From the NCBI GenBank assembly GCA_964442455.1, contig CAYTZB010000004.1, forward strand, positions 7,425-71,424: a DNA stretch of 64,000 nucleotides, given 5' to 3'. Below, in pieces: positions 49,083 to 58,791 of this stretch. The notes beneath the pieces are model-generated. The model was not told the DNA's origin. It searched no databases and saw nothing but the letters and a program-made list of their open reading frames with translations. Both the position numbers and the translations under genes were made by a program. This DNA is from an uncultured Gammaproteobacteria bacterium. GTDB taxonomy: Bacteria; Patescibacteriota; Microgenomatia; UBA8517; JACQJR01. The stretch's first letter is position 1. Each line of letters begins with the position of its first letter.

Positions 49083-49789
49083 ATTTTCTTTACTCTCTCT
49101 TTAATGACATCCTCCCCACTTTTCAAAGCTGGGTTTCCTCGCGCCGCCGGCATAGCCTTTGGCGACGCACGGCTAAGGGAGGCTTTCATCAATTCCAACC
49201 CAGCTATTGTCAAAACCACATTTGGGTGGTTAATCACCTCATATGCATTCACGTCGCTGGCAGGCAGTAAAGTTATTCCTGCTATGTTACGAGCACCTTG
49301 TACAAACGCTTTTTCTCCGCCGTGAAGAATCAACAGTCGCTCGCTTTCTAAACCAAGCTTTTTAAGTAACCCGACAATTGATTTTGTTTTTCCATCTATC
49401 TCTTTTGGGTCAATAAAGAATAGCTTATTCTCATCCAACCGTCTTGATAGCGCAACAGCAAGTGCCGCTCTTATAAACTTTTGTGGCAAGTGTCGCTTCC
49501 TCTTTGCCCCGACTGGACCATGAACCACACCTCCGCCAACAAATATCGGGGCTTTTTTCATTCCGTGACGAGCACGACCGGTCCCTTTCTGACGGTATAT
49601 TTTTGCAGTACTCCCCGCTACTTCCCCTCGCGTTTTCGCCTTATGGGTACCAGTATGAGCTCTCGTCTGATAGACATAGTAAGCTTGGCTCAGCAGCCTA
49701 TCATTCGGTTTTTGCCCAAAAAGCTCGTCTGGAAGAGAAATTTTCCCAGTACTCTTCCCTATTGGTGTGTAAACAGCAACTTGTTTCAT
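49079..49789 (-). CDS. rplD: 50S ribosomal protein L4 with 28-aa insertion near the C-terminus
   Basis: KTRGEV, QKGTGRARHG, GGGVVHGP. Confidence 0.97.
   Translation of the reverse strand: MKQVAVYTPIGKSTGKISLPDELFGQKPNDRLLSQAYYVYQTRAHTGTHKAKTRGEVAGSTAKIYRQKGTGRARHGMKKAPIFVGGGVVHGPVGAKRKRHLPQKFIRAALAVALSRRLDENKLFFIDPKEIDGKTKSIVGLLKKLGLESERLLILHGGEKAFVQGARNIAGITLLPASDVNAYEVINHPNVVLTIAGLELMKASLSRASPKAMPAARGNPALKSGEDVIKERVKKI
49104..49187 (-). mobile_element. 84-bp miniature element with an IS200/IS605-like right end, in frame in rplD
   Basis: Follows TTGAT and ends GGAGGATGTCAT; last 37 nt match the dtd element at 33/37. Confidence 0.72.
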
Positions 49790-50601
49790 TGACTTTGCGC
49801 CCTTTCGGTGTTCTGCTCACTCGGCACTCTCTCTGCGTTCTGCTCTTTGCCTTCTTCATTCTCTTTATCCTCTTCCGAGAGCTTAATGGATGGGAGTTCT
49901 TCCGGATGAATCTCTTCTCCTCTTGTTACCAGTGGCGAGAATTTTTCATTTTTTCCGATTTTTTCTATAGAGAGAAGTCCCCCAGGATTTCCGGGAACAA
50001 GGCCAGAGAGTTTCACTTCCCCATCTTTGCCAATCTCAAGCACAGTAAGATTGCGTACGGTTGCTGTTTCTGCCCCCATTCTTCCTGCCATTTTCTTTCC
50101 TCTCAAGACGCGACCCGGGGTAGTTGTTGCACCAATCGAACCAGGGGCACGCTCACGGTCTGATTGTCCGTGGGTTCGTGGTCCCCCGGCAAAATGCCAT
50201 CTCTTGACAACTCCCGCAAACCCTTTTCCTTTGGAGATACCGGTTACTTTTACTAAATCGCCAGGGGAGAGCACATCCGAAGCTTTTATGATATCTCCTA
50301 TTTTTGGTTGTTGTTTGTTGGTTGTTGTTTGTTGGATTTTTACTTCTCTTAAGAATCTTGGGAGCTTTGTGTTTTTTCCAGTCTTGAGTTTTTGAAGATG
50401 CCCTCGCATTGGCTTTGTAATATTCTTAATTTTTCTTTCTTCAAATCCAAGTTGCAAAGCTTCATAACCGTCCTTTTCTTGCGTTTTTATTTGCGTCACC
50501 ACGACAGGTCCGGCCTGTATAATAGTGATGGGTACTCTTTTACCGTCCTCTGTCCAAGCCTGTATCATTCTCTTTTTTGTTGCTAAAATGGTATTAATCA
50601 T
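49786..50601 (-). CDS. rplC: 50S ribosomal protein L3
   Basis: DGYEALQLG, SKGKGFAG, PGSIG, KKMAG; acidic tail. Confidence 0.97.
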   Translation of the reverse strand: MINTILATKKRMIQAWTEDGKRVPITIIQAGPVVVTQIKTQEKDGYEALQLGFEERKIKNITKPMRGHLQKLKTGKNTKLPRFLREVKIQQTTTNKQQPKIGDIIKASDVLSPGDLVKVTGISKGKGFAGVVKRWHFAGGPRTHGQSDRERAPGSIGATTTPGRVLRGKKMAGRMGAETATVRNLTVLEIGKDGEVKLSGLVPGNPGGLLSIEKIGKNEKFSPLVTRGEEIHPEELPSIKLSEEDKENEEGKEQNAERVPSEQNTERAQSQ

Positions 50602-50713
50602 ACCCTCTCCGGTTATCTCTAATTCCCACAAAAATGAGCGCCGAAGCGCCCAAACACCTTACGCGTTTCGGTCAATACCTATGAAGGCCGAAACCTCACC
50701 TCCATCGTGGAAC

Positions 50714-50742
50714 AGTATATCAAATACACAATAGATACGCAA
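50714..50742 (-). promoter_or_regulatory. Promoter upstream of the structured rplC leader
   Basis: TTGCGT-N17-TATACT. Confidence 0.6.
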
Positions 50743-50758
50743 GGGGAAAGACGAGGTT

Positions 50759-50971
50759 TTACTTTTTCTTAACTCTCCAGAGTTTGAGGTAGAGGATGTC
50801 AAGCACTCCGACCGTATTTAAAATAAGAAGTGCCACAAACCAATTCCGCTGATTATTGCGTGCGGCATGCCAGAGAGCTAACCCTTTCCAAACTATGCTC
50901 CACACTGTAATAACAAGGAGAATAAGAGGATGCAATCGGGATAAGTTTAAGATTAAACCCAACAGCTCCAT
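50759..50971 (-). CDS. Small membrane protein (DUF5652-like)
   Basis: WKGLALWHAARNNQRNWF..LNTVG. Confidence 0.8.
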   Translation of the reverse strand: MELLGLILNLSRLHPLILLVITVWSIVWKGLALWHAARNNQRNWFVALLILNTVGVLDILYLKLWRVKKK

Positions 50972-51008
50972 ATACCTCTCAAGTATACCATGCTTAAATG
51001 GAAGAACA

Positions 51009-51317
51009 TTACATTTTTATCTCTACGGAAACTCCTGCAGGGAGGTCGAGGTTTGAAAGAGAGTCGATGGTTCGAGAGGTAGGCTCTAAGATATCAATCA
51101 AGCGCTTGTGTGTTAAGATTTCGAAGTGCTCGCGCGCATCTTTATCAACATGAGGAGAGGTGGTAACTACAACAACCTTTCTATCAGTCGGCAGAGGGGT
51201 TGGGCCGGACACAGACGCACCAGTTGCTAAAGCGGCCTCGACAATTTTTGAGGCTGCCTCATCGATTACTCGGTGATCAAAAGATTTCAATCGTACACGA
51301 ATTCTTCCTGCTGGCAT
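51009..51317 (-). CDS. rpsJ: 30S ribosomal protein S10
   Basis: RLKSFDH, GPTPLPT, THKRLID. Confidence 0.98.
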   Translation of the reverse strand: MPAGRIRVRLKSFDHRVIDEAASKIVEAALATGASVSGPTPLPTDRKVVVVTTSPHVDKDAREHFEILTHKRLIDILEPTSRTIDSLSNLDLPAGVSVEIKM

Positions 51318-51552
51318 GATGTTAAGTTAATCAGCTAACCAGTTGACTAGTTAATTAAGCTAATTTGGAATTATACGGGGAAATAGAATAGAAAGCAAGA
51401 TCAATTATTTGAAAAGGGAACTTTTGAGAATGGATTATGACGAATAGTTAAAGAAGAGACAACCCTCGTTCCTCTTTTTACCACAAGACGAAGATCACCA
51501 CTGCCCATATTTATCCCTGACTCAACAAAAATTGGTCCACCCAATAAACGGG

Positions 51553-52755
51553 CTATGCCACTATTTTTGAAATAACACCTGCGCCGACGGTTTTTCCACC
51601 TTCGCGGATAGCAAAACGCAAGCCCTCCTCAGCGGCAACTGGTTGAATGAGCTTAACACCCATCTTCGCATTATCCCCAGGCATAACCATTTCAACGCCT
51701 TCAGGGAGTGTTACGTCACCAGTCACATCAGTTGTCCTAATATAGAACTGAGGCTTATAGCCTGAGAAGAACGGCGTGTGTCGTCCACCCTCCTCCTTGG
51801 TCAAAATATACACCTCGGCTTCAAACTCCGTATGAGGAGTAATGGTTCCTGGTTTGGCGAGTACTTGACCGCGCTCAACATCTTCCTTTTCAATACCCCG
51901 AAGCAAAATTCCCACATTGTCTCCTGCTTGTCCCTCATCAAGAGTCTTTCGGAACATTTCAACACCCGTAACTATTGTTTTCTTTGCATCGCGCCTAATA
52001 CCTACAATTTCAATTTCTTCTCCCGTCTTTACCTTTCCTCGCTCAATTCGACCAGTAACTACTGTTCCCCGACCTTTAATCGCGAACACATCCTCAATTG
52101 GCATTAAGAATGGTTTATCAATATCCCTCTCAGGAGTTGGGATAAACTCATCAACTGCCTTCACGAGTTCTAAAATCTGCTTTTCCGCCTCGGCATCACC
52201 CTCGTACGCTTTCAATGCTGAACCTCGGATAATTGGGGTTTCTTTGCCTGGATATTGATATTTATTTAAAAGCTCTCGTACCTCTTCCTCAACCAAGTCA
52301 ATAAGCCCTGGATCATCAACCATATCAACCTTGTTCAAGAAAACAACCAAGGCCGGAACGTTAACTTGGCGGGCCAAAAGAACGTGCTCTCGTGTTTGGG
52401 GCATTGGACCGTCTGCTGCTGAAACGACAAGAATAGCACCATCCATTTGTGCAGCACCGGTAATCATGTTTTTTATATAGTCAGCATGCCCAGGAGCATC
52501 AATGTGGGCATAATGGCGCTTTTCTGTTTCGTATTCAACATGTGTAATGTTAATCGTTACTCCTCGAGCCTTCTCTTCAGGGGCATTATCGATGTCAGTG
52601 AAATCAAGAGCCTTAGTAGCACTTCCCGGTTGCTTTGAGAGCACTTTGGTAATCGCAGCCGTTAAGGTTGTTTTTCCGTGGTCCACGTGACCAATTGTCC
52701 CAATGTTAATGTGGGGCTTGGTCCGCTCGAATTTCTTTTTTGCTTCTTCAGCCAT
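51553..52755 (-). CDS. tuf: Elongation factor Tu
   Basis: [17 protein letters not shown]. Confidence 0.99.
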   Translation of the reverse strand: MAEEAKKKFERTKPHINIGTIGHVDHGKTTLTAAITKVLSKQPGSATKALDFTDIDNAPEEKARGVTINITHVEYETEKRHYAHIDAPGHADYIKNMITGAAQMDGAILVVSAADGPMPQTREHVLLARQVNVPALVVFLNKVDMVDDPGLIDLVEEEVRELLNKYQYPGKETPIIRGSALKAYEGDAEAEKQILELVKAVDEFIPTPERDIDKPFLMPIEDVFAIKGRGTVVTGRIERGKVKTGEEIEIVGIRRDAKKTIVTGVEMFRKTLDEGQAGDNVGILLRGIEKEDVERGQVLAKPGTITPHTEFEAEVYILTKEEGGRHTPFFSGYKPQFYIRTTDVTGDVTLPEGVEMVMPGDNAKMGVKLIQPVAAEEGLRFAIREGGKTVGAGVISKIVA

Positions 52756-52805
52756 ATAAGTCTATATTACAACAAACAAGGGCGTTTATGCCCTCTGTGC
52801 TACGT

Positions 52806-52835
52806 ATTATACGAAGCAGCCTAAGTTCATGTCAA
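52806..52835 (-). promoter_or_regulatory. Promoter for tuf
   Basis: TTGACA-N18-TATAAT. Confidence 0.7.
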
Positions 52836-52947
52836 GAGGTAACATGTTTTTCCCATTGTTTGTTACCTCGCACCCAACGAACAATCTTGGCACGAGGCGT
52901 GTATGAATAATACTGAAAAGCCGAGTGCGAAGATAAGGTGGGAAGTA

Positions 52948-55092
52948 TTAACTTTTCTTTGCTGCAATTATTTTCTCGGTAATGTTTGCGGGAACTTCCT
53001 GATAGTGAGAAGGTTCAACATAGGCATTCGCACGTCCTTGCGTCAATGAACGAAGTGTTGTGGTATACCCTGAAACTTCAGCAAGTGGGACGTATCCAAG
53101 AATCACTCGATAATGTCCTCGTGTTTCCGTTCCTACGATTTGTGCTCGCCGAGATGATAAATCGCCAATAACATCTCCTAAAAACTGTTCTGGTGTCGTT
53201 ACTTCAAACTTCATAATCGGCTCGAGTAACACCATCCCCGCTCGCTTTGTTGCATCTTGAACTGCCATTGAACCTGCGATTTTGAATGCAATTTCCGATG
53301 AGTCAACTTCGTGGTAGGTACCATCATACACGGACACTGAAAGATCAGTCACCGGATAGCCAGCAAGAATTCCATTTGAGAGTGCCTCTTGTACGCCTTT
53401 ACCAATTGCCGGAATAAACTCACCTGGAATTGCCCCACCTTTTATTTTATTAATAAACTCGTACCCCTCACCTCTACCTTTGGGTTCCACCCGCACAAAA
53501 CAGTGACCGTATTGTCCATGACCACCGGTTTGACGAATATACCTTCCCTCCCCCTCTGCCACTTTGGTTACTGTTTCTTTATATGCAACCTGTGGTGCAC
53601 CAGTTGTCGCGTCAACGCTAAACTCCCGTCGCATTCTGTCAACCAAAATTTCAAGGTGAAGCTCTCCCATTCCAGAGATAATCGTTTGACCTGTTTCCTG
53701 ATTGGTTTTTATCCTGAACGTCGGGTCTTCCTCGGAAAGCTTACCGAGTGCTTCTCCTAATTTTTCCTGATCTGCTTTCGTCTTTGGTTCAATGGCAAGC
53801 GATATAACCGGCTCAGGAAAGGAGATTGATTCAAGCACAATCGGATGAGCAGAATCAGTTACCGTATCGCCGGTAACCGTCTCCCGAAATCCCACTCCAG
53901 CAACAATCTCGCCACTATACGCTTCTTCAATAAGTTCTCGTTGATTTGCATGCATTAAAACCAGCCGCCCCACTCGTTCTCGTCTATTTTTTGTGGTGTT
54001 GAATACTTCCTGTCCTGCGCGCAATTTTCCCGAATAAATTCGAAGCCACACCAGTCGTCCAACATGAGGGTCGGTCTGCACCTTAAAAGCAAGTGCCGAG
54101 AGAGGTTCTTCATTCCCCACTGCGCGAGTCTCTTCTTGCCCGTTCCATACTCCTTTAACTGGGGGAAGATCAATTGGCGAAGGGAGATATTCAACAACTG
54201 CATCCAAAAGCGGTTGTACTCCCTTGTTGCGCAGTGATGAACCACAAAAGGTAGGAAAGAGTTCGGTTTTAATCGTAGCCTTCCTGAGTGCAGTTTTTAG
54301 TTCGGTAATATCTGGCTCAACCCCACCAACATACTTTTCAAGAAGCTGTTCATCAGTTTCTGATATAGCCTCAATCGTTTGGGAGCGGTATTTCTCAACC
54401 ATAGCTTTCAAATCTTCCGGTACTTCTTCTTCACGATAAGTACCTCCTGTTTCATCTCCTTCCCAAATAAGTGCTTTTCTCTCCAACACGAGGACAATCC
54501 CACGAAATTGTTGCTCGCTCCCAATAGGAACTGCAAGAACTACCGGTTTGCTACCCAAACGGTCACTAATTGCTGCAAGTGTTCCTTCGAAGTCTGCACC
54601 AAGTTTATCCATTTTGTTGATAAAAATGATGCGCGGCACATGATACTTATCAGCTTGTCGCCACACCGTTTCCGTCTGTGATTGTACTGTCTCTTCGGCA
54701 TCAAGCACGGTTATTCCGCCATCAAGAACCCGAAGTGAGCGTTCGACTTCAGCGGTAAAATCAACGTGTCCCGGAGTATCGATAATATTGACGCGATATT
54801 CACCCTTCGGAACACACGACTCCTGCTTTAATTCCCAAAAGGCGGTGATTGCAGCCGATACAATCGTAATTCCTCGCTCTCGCTCTTGCTCCATCCAGTC
54901 AGTAACGGTAGTTCCTTCATCAACTGATCCAAGTTTGTAGGTTCGTCCGGTATAAAAGAGGATTCGTTCTGTTGTCGTAGTTTTTCCCGCGTCAATGTGC
55001 GCAATAATTCCAATATTGCGGATTTTGTCGAGTGCAACCTCGCGATTCTTGGTAACAACTTGAGATAGTGATGCTTTCTGTCCTGTTGCCAT
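52948..55092 (-). CDS. fusA: Elongation factor G
   Basis: AHIDAGKTT, DTPGH, NKMD, GMGELHL. Confidence 0.99.
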   Translation of the reverse strand: MATGQKASLSQVVTKNREVALDKIRNIGIIAHIDAGKTTTTERILFYTGRTYKLGSVDEGTTVTDWMEQERERGITIVSAAITAFWELKQESCVPKGEYRVNIIDTPGHVDFTAEVERSLRVLDGGITVLDAEETVQSQTETVWRQADKYHVPRIIFINKMDKLGADFEGTLAAISDRLGSKPVVLAVPIGSEQQFRGIVLVLERKALIWEGDETGGTYREEEVPEDLKAMVEKYRSQTIEAISETDEQLLEKYVGGVEPDITELKTALRKATIKTELFPTFCGSSLRNKGVQPLLDAVVEYLPSPIDLPPVKGVWNGQEETRAVGNEEPLSALAFKVQTDPHVGRLVWLRIYSGKLRAGQEVFNTTKNRRERVGRLVLMHANQRELIEEAYSGEIVAGVGFRETVTGDTVTDSAHPIVLESISFPEPVISLAIEPKTKADQEKLGEALGKLSEEDPTFRIKTNQETGQTIISGMGELHLEILVDRMRREFSVDATTGAPQVAYKETVTKVAEGEGRYIRQTGGHGQYGHCFVRVEPKGRGEGYEFINKIKGGAIPGEFIPAIGKGVQEALSNGILAGYPVTDLSVSVYDGTYHEVDSSEIAFKIAGSMAVQDATKRAGMVLLEPIMKFEVTTPEQFLGDVIGDLSSRRAQIVGTETRGHYRVILGYVPLAEVSGYTTTLRSLTQGRANAYVEPSHYQEVPANITEKIIAAKKS

Positions 55093-55330
55093 AAAAGCTA
55101 TTTTAAAATTCTGCCTATGGCCTCATTTTGAGGCCTACCGGCAGCTTGTATGAAGTGCTTTTGAAACCACTTCATAGACTTAATGTAACACAAAAACGGA
55201 AGCGCTTTCGCTTCCTTAAACCTAATTTTACACGATAACCATAGATTATGCAACGAATGAATACAAGAGGAACTTACTGGTGGTTCACTTTGTGCTTACA
55301 CCTTAGAGGTGTAAGCTTGAAATATATTGA

Positions 55331-55858
55331 TTAGGCCATTAAATCTCTTACTGGAACTACTCTCTGATTCTCTGGATTTCCTTTTACTCTCTCAATGAAT
55401 TCAGCAGGAGTTAATGCTCTAATTCCTCGTAACTCTAAAAACTTCCTAGCACCTGGTAAATCAACAATTGCAAGTATGAGCTCTTCTATTGCTTTTTGGG
55501 GGATTCTTCCTTTGTCAAATGGGAGTAACCTATCCTGATTTAAGACAATTGTGGCATATGCCTCATCTTTTTTGTCTGCTGGGAAAATTATTGCTGCTTT
55601 GGAAAAAGAAGAAAGTTCTCCTTCTCCTACGAGCCAAAACTCAGCATCACGAGCTTCCATTATTCTCTGGGTCTCTTTTGCCAACGGTGTAAACGCATCC
55701 TGAGTCTCACTTTCTGCTAAAACATGGATTATCTCACTCGCATAATCGATAAGCAGCTGGATCATCTGATGTAGCTGTTCGACTCTACCAGGAGTTAGGG
55801 GAATACCAACTAATCCCCTCATTTTACCGTGTCTTATAGACAAAAATTCGTTTCCCAT
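55331..55858 (-). CDS. Hypothetical protein
   Basis: 175-aa ORF, no motif recognised. Confidence 0.65.
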   Translation of the reverse strand: MGNEFLSIRHGKMRGLVGIPLTPGRVEQLHQMIQLLIDYASEIIHVLAESETQDAFTPLAKETQRIMEARDAEFWLVGEGELSSFSKAAIIFPADKKDEAYATIVLNQDRLLPFDKGRIPQKAIEELILAIVDLPGARKFLELRGIRALTPAEFIERVKGNPENQRVVPVRDLMA

Positions 55859-55866
55859 TGTATAAC

Positions 55867-56273
55867 TTATTCGAGATTATACACCCACCCTGGTTGCCAT
55901 TGCCAGGGAGAAGTAACTACTTGTTGTAGAGGAATATTTTTAATCCAATGTTCGAGTCCATACTGTGTTGCGCTTTTAGTGGTTCCACCTCTTCCGGGGG
56001 ATGACGCGTTAAATCACCATAATCACACTCTCGAAGTCGTGCATCCTTAATTATGGGAATATTTCTTCCTTCAAAAGCAATTTTTGCGGTAGTATACGAT
56101 CTCTGTAGATCGGAGCAAAAGATAGCATCAAATTGTTCATTTTTATGCCGTTCACCTAGCTGCTTCGCTTGCTCTTTCCCAAGTTCTGATAACTCAACAT
56201 CAAAGTGCCCCGAAGAATGTTTGCTCTCGTTATCAAGCGACGTCGCGTGAGGTTCAAAAACTATAGTAACCAT
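55867..56273 (-). pseudogene. Histidine phosphatase (PGM-like) family pseudogene with internal deletion and frameshift
   Basis: N-terminal PHAT, SDLQRS, LRECDYG; C-terminal-like ATQYGLEHW...WQWQPGWVY continues in another frame. Confidence 0.7.
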
Positions 56274-56523
56274 CAGAAGATTTTATCTGCTCTTCCATAA
56301 ATTTACCATAAATTCTTATGGTAAGTCGTTGAATAATTTGATAAAATAAGGTACGCCTGCCACATTGCAGGCTCTTTTTGCAAAGGGGCTTTCTTTGACA
56401 TTCTTGCACTGTGGCATTGAACAAGAGGGCTGCCTTTTAAACCTCTTGTTTTTTGTGGCAGGAAGCAAGAAATTGTTTTTATTAATAATTTTTTGAATTT
56501 ATTTGTTTCGATGTATCGATACA

Positions 56524-56928
56524 TTAAAACATAACTGTGGGATTGTTAAGTGTTACGCGGAAGTCACTTTTACCTACCCTCAGTCTCTCTAGATCATAGG
56601 GAAATCCAGATAGGGCGTAATACTCTTCACCTTGTTTGTTCACCTTTCTCCTTAATTCATGTAACACACGACGGCCATCATGAGTTGTAAGAATGGCTGA
56701 TGGAACAAAACCTTCTGTGCTTTGATCCACACGGAATAAGGCGAGGAGTACTTGTTGTTCTTGTTCTATCTCCTTTAACAACACACCATCTAACCTTCCA
56801 TCACTAATCAAATTTACTACTCCTTCGAAGACTAAACCATTTGTCTTGTCTTCAACGCGAATGACCCCTGAAAAAGTTGATGTAATCTCTTCTCTGTTCT
56901 TTGTCCCATTACCATTTTTTTCCCTCAT
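56524..56928 (-). CDS. Hypothetical protein
   Basis: 134-aa ORF with SD AGGAG. Confidence 0.65.
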   Translation of the reverse strand: MREKNGNGTKNREEITSTFSGVIRVEDKTNGLVFEGVVNLISDGRLDGVLLKEIEQEQQVLLALFRVDQSTEGFVPSAILTTHDGRRVLHELRRKVNKQGEEYYALSGFPYDLERLRVGKSDFRVTLNNPTVMF

Positions 56929-56973
56929 ATCTTACTCCTATCTCTTTTCTTTGCAATAGCTGGCTAAGAAACT

Positions 56974-57693
56974 CTAAGAGCTTTGGGTAATAATCCGTAC
57001 CGGTTGGAATAGTAGTGCATTCCTAAGTGCTGTTGCAACAAATTCGTCAGGGCTAGGAAGTGACAAACTACCGTATTCTGTCTCAATTACTCTCGTGTTC
57101 GTTGCAAAGTCTGTTCGTAATCTTCCAGGCCCAAGATGCAAATGTTCTTCAGTTGGCGTAATTGTTACCAGCTCATATTCTACCTCTCCAACTCTTAATA
57201 AAAGTTGTGCAAGAGGAGACCTATTTTCTTCAAAAACAAATATCTGTCTTGCATGTTCGAATGAACTACCGCTCAGCATAATAGGAGGAGAAGCATCTTG
57301 CGTTATTAAGACTCCACCTCTTAAATCAAGAATAGTGAACATATTATCTTTTAATCCGTTTTTGGATGTATCCGAAATGACTTCAACTCCTACTATTTTT
57401 CCATTTGATCGACTAATTACTAAGTCTGTTGTTGTTCTTTCGTGTTCAGATTGATGATAAAATGAAACTACATCCTCTCTTTCTCTTTGTACCTTTTTAA
57501 CATCATATCGTATTCCCCTTATTTGCGCCCCTTTGCTTCTATCTGTGAGAAGTTTATGATTTTGGTTAACATAATCGAGATGTTGTGAAAATCTTGTGCG
57601 AATCGCTTGGGGAATACGTGCAATCTGTGCTTGGGTAAGAGGAAAATATACTAATTGATTCTCAGGAGAGAGAGTACTTTCTGGTCTTGTCAT
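56974..57693 (-). CDS. Hypothetical protein
   Basis: 239-aa ORF starting 9 nt after the rpsG stop. Confidence 0.7.
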   Translation of the reverse strand: MTRPESTLSPENQLVYFPLTQAQIARIPQAIRTRFSQHLDYVNQNHKLLTDRSKGAQIRGIRYDVKKVQREREDVVSFYHQSEHERTTTDLVISRSNGKIVGVEVISDTSKNGLKDNMFTILDLRGGVLITQDASPPIMLSGSSFEHARQIFVFEENRSPLAQLLLRVGEVEYELVTITPTEEHLHLGPGRLRTDFATNTRVIETEYGSLSLPSPDEFVATALRNALLFQPVRIITQSS

Positions 57694-57702
57694 AGAGGAT
57701 GA

Positions 57703-58182
57703 TTACCACCTAAAATGACTGAATGCACGGTTTGCTTCTGCGACTCTTTCGACTTCTTTTTTCTTTGCAATCGCACCACCCTGACCTTTGGAAGCATCCA
57801 AAATTTCAGCAGTAAGTTTGTCGGTAAACGTATGGTAATCTTTATTTGGGCGTTTTTGCGCCGCAAGAATCAACCAGCGAATGGCCAACGACTCGCGTCG
57901 CGGGCCCCGCACGGGAATGGGCACCTGGTATGCTGCACCCCCAACTCTGCGTGGCCGGACTTCCATTGTCGGTTTTATCTGCTCAACAGCAGACAAGAAT
58001 ACTTTGAGGGGATCCTCTCCTGTCTCCTTCTGCATCGCCTCAAAGGCACGGTATACAAGACCTGCGGCTACCGACTTCTTACCGTCGTGCATAATTCGGC
58101 TGATGAGCTTGGCCACAAGTTTGTGGCCATAAACCGGATCTGGTGCAATAGTTCGCGCTGGTACTGGTCCTCGTCTTGGCAT
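57703..58182 (-). CDS. rpsG: 30S ribosomal protein S7
   Basis: MPRR, DGKKS, RVGGAAYQVP, ANRAFSH. Confidence 0.98.
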   Translation of the reverse strand: MPRRGPVPARTIAPDPVYGHKLVAKLISRIMHDGKKSVAAGLVYRAFEAMQKETGEDPLKVFLSAVEQIKPTMEVRPRRVGGAAYQVPIPVRGPRRESLAIRWLILAAQKRPNKDYHTFTDKLTAEILDASKGQGGAIAKKKEVERVAEANRAFSHFRW

Positions 58183-58189
58183 TGTCCTC

Positions 58190-58292
58190 TTTTTAGTCGT
58201 AAATATTACAAATACTACAAATTACAAATTTCAAATATTCTGAATTCTTAATTGATTGGTATTTATTTGTCATTGGTATTATTGGTACTTAT
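58190..58292. repeat. AT-rich periodic inverted element (TACAAAT/ATTGGTA family)
   Basis: Sibling of 46483-46568. Confidence 0.65.
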
Positions 58293-58783
58293 TAAGAAGC
58301 ACTAGCTTCCTGTATTACTGCTGCAGCTCTAGGCGCTCCCCCTCCCTCCGGGCCAGAGGTCCCTCCGGGCCGGCGGCCCTCACGTCGTGTCCCATATTGT
58401 GAACGGGAAGTCTTTCTTCCCACGACACCAGTGGTATCGAATTTCCCTCGTACAATATGATACTTAACCCCTGGAAGATCTCTTACACGACCGCCTCGAA
58501 CCAAAACTATCGAATGCTCTGCCAACTCGTGTCCTTCTCCTGGGATATAGGCAGTAACCTCTTGTTTATTCGAAAGTCGCACACGGGCAACTTTACGCAG
58601 CGCTGAATTCGGTTTCTTGGGGGTCATCGTGCGGACAGCCAATACCACTCCCCGTTTAAAGGGGCTCGGTAGTTGGGAAAACCGTCGCCGTCTCGCATTG
58701 AACCAACGCCGCAACGCCGTACTTCGGCTCTTTCCATGCACTTTTCTCCTTCCCTTTCTGGTGAGTTGATGAATCGTAGGCAT
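58292..58783 (-). CDS. rpsL: 30S ribosomal protein S12 with GC-rich C-terminal extension
   Basis: [25 protein letters not shown]. Confidence 0.98.
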   Translation of the reverse strand: MPTIHQLTRKGRRKVHGKSRSTALRRWFNARRRRFSQLPSPFKRGVVLAVRTMTPKKPNSALRKVARVRLSNKQEVTAYIPGEGHELAEHSIVLVRGGRVRDLPGVKYHIVRGKFDTTGVVGRKTSRSQYGTRREGRRPGGTSGPEGGGAPRAAAVIQEASAS

Positions 58784-58791
58784 AAATAATT

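Noticed and set aside
35585-50163. Long antisense ORFs opposite ribosomal genes (e.g. 35585-36442, 48164-48727, 49483-50163)
   Set aside because: Shadow frames of well-conserved genes.
56303-56524. 73-aa ORF
   Set aside because: No recognisable features or RBS; cannot be supported.
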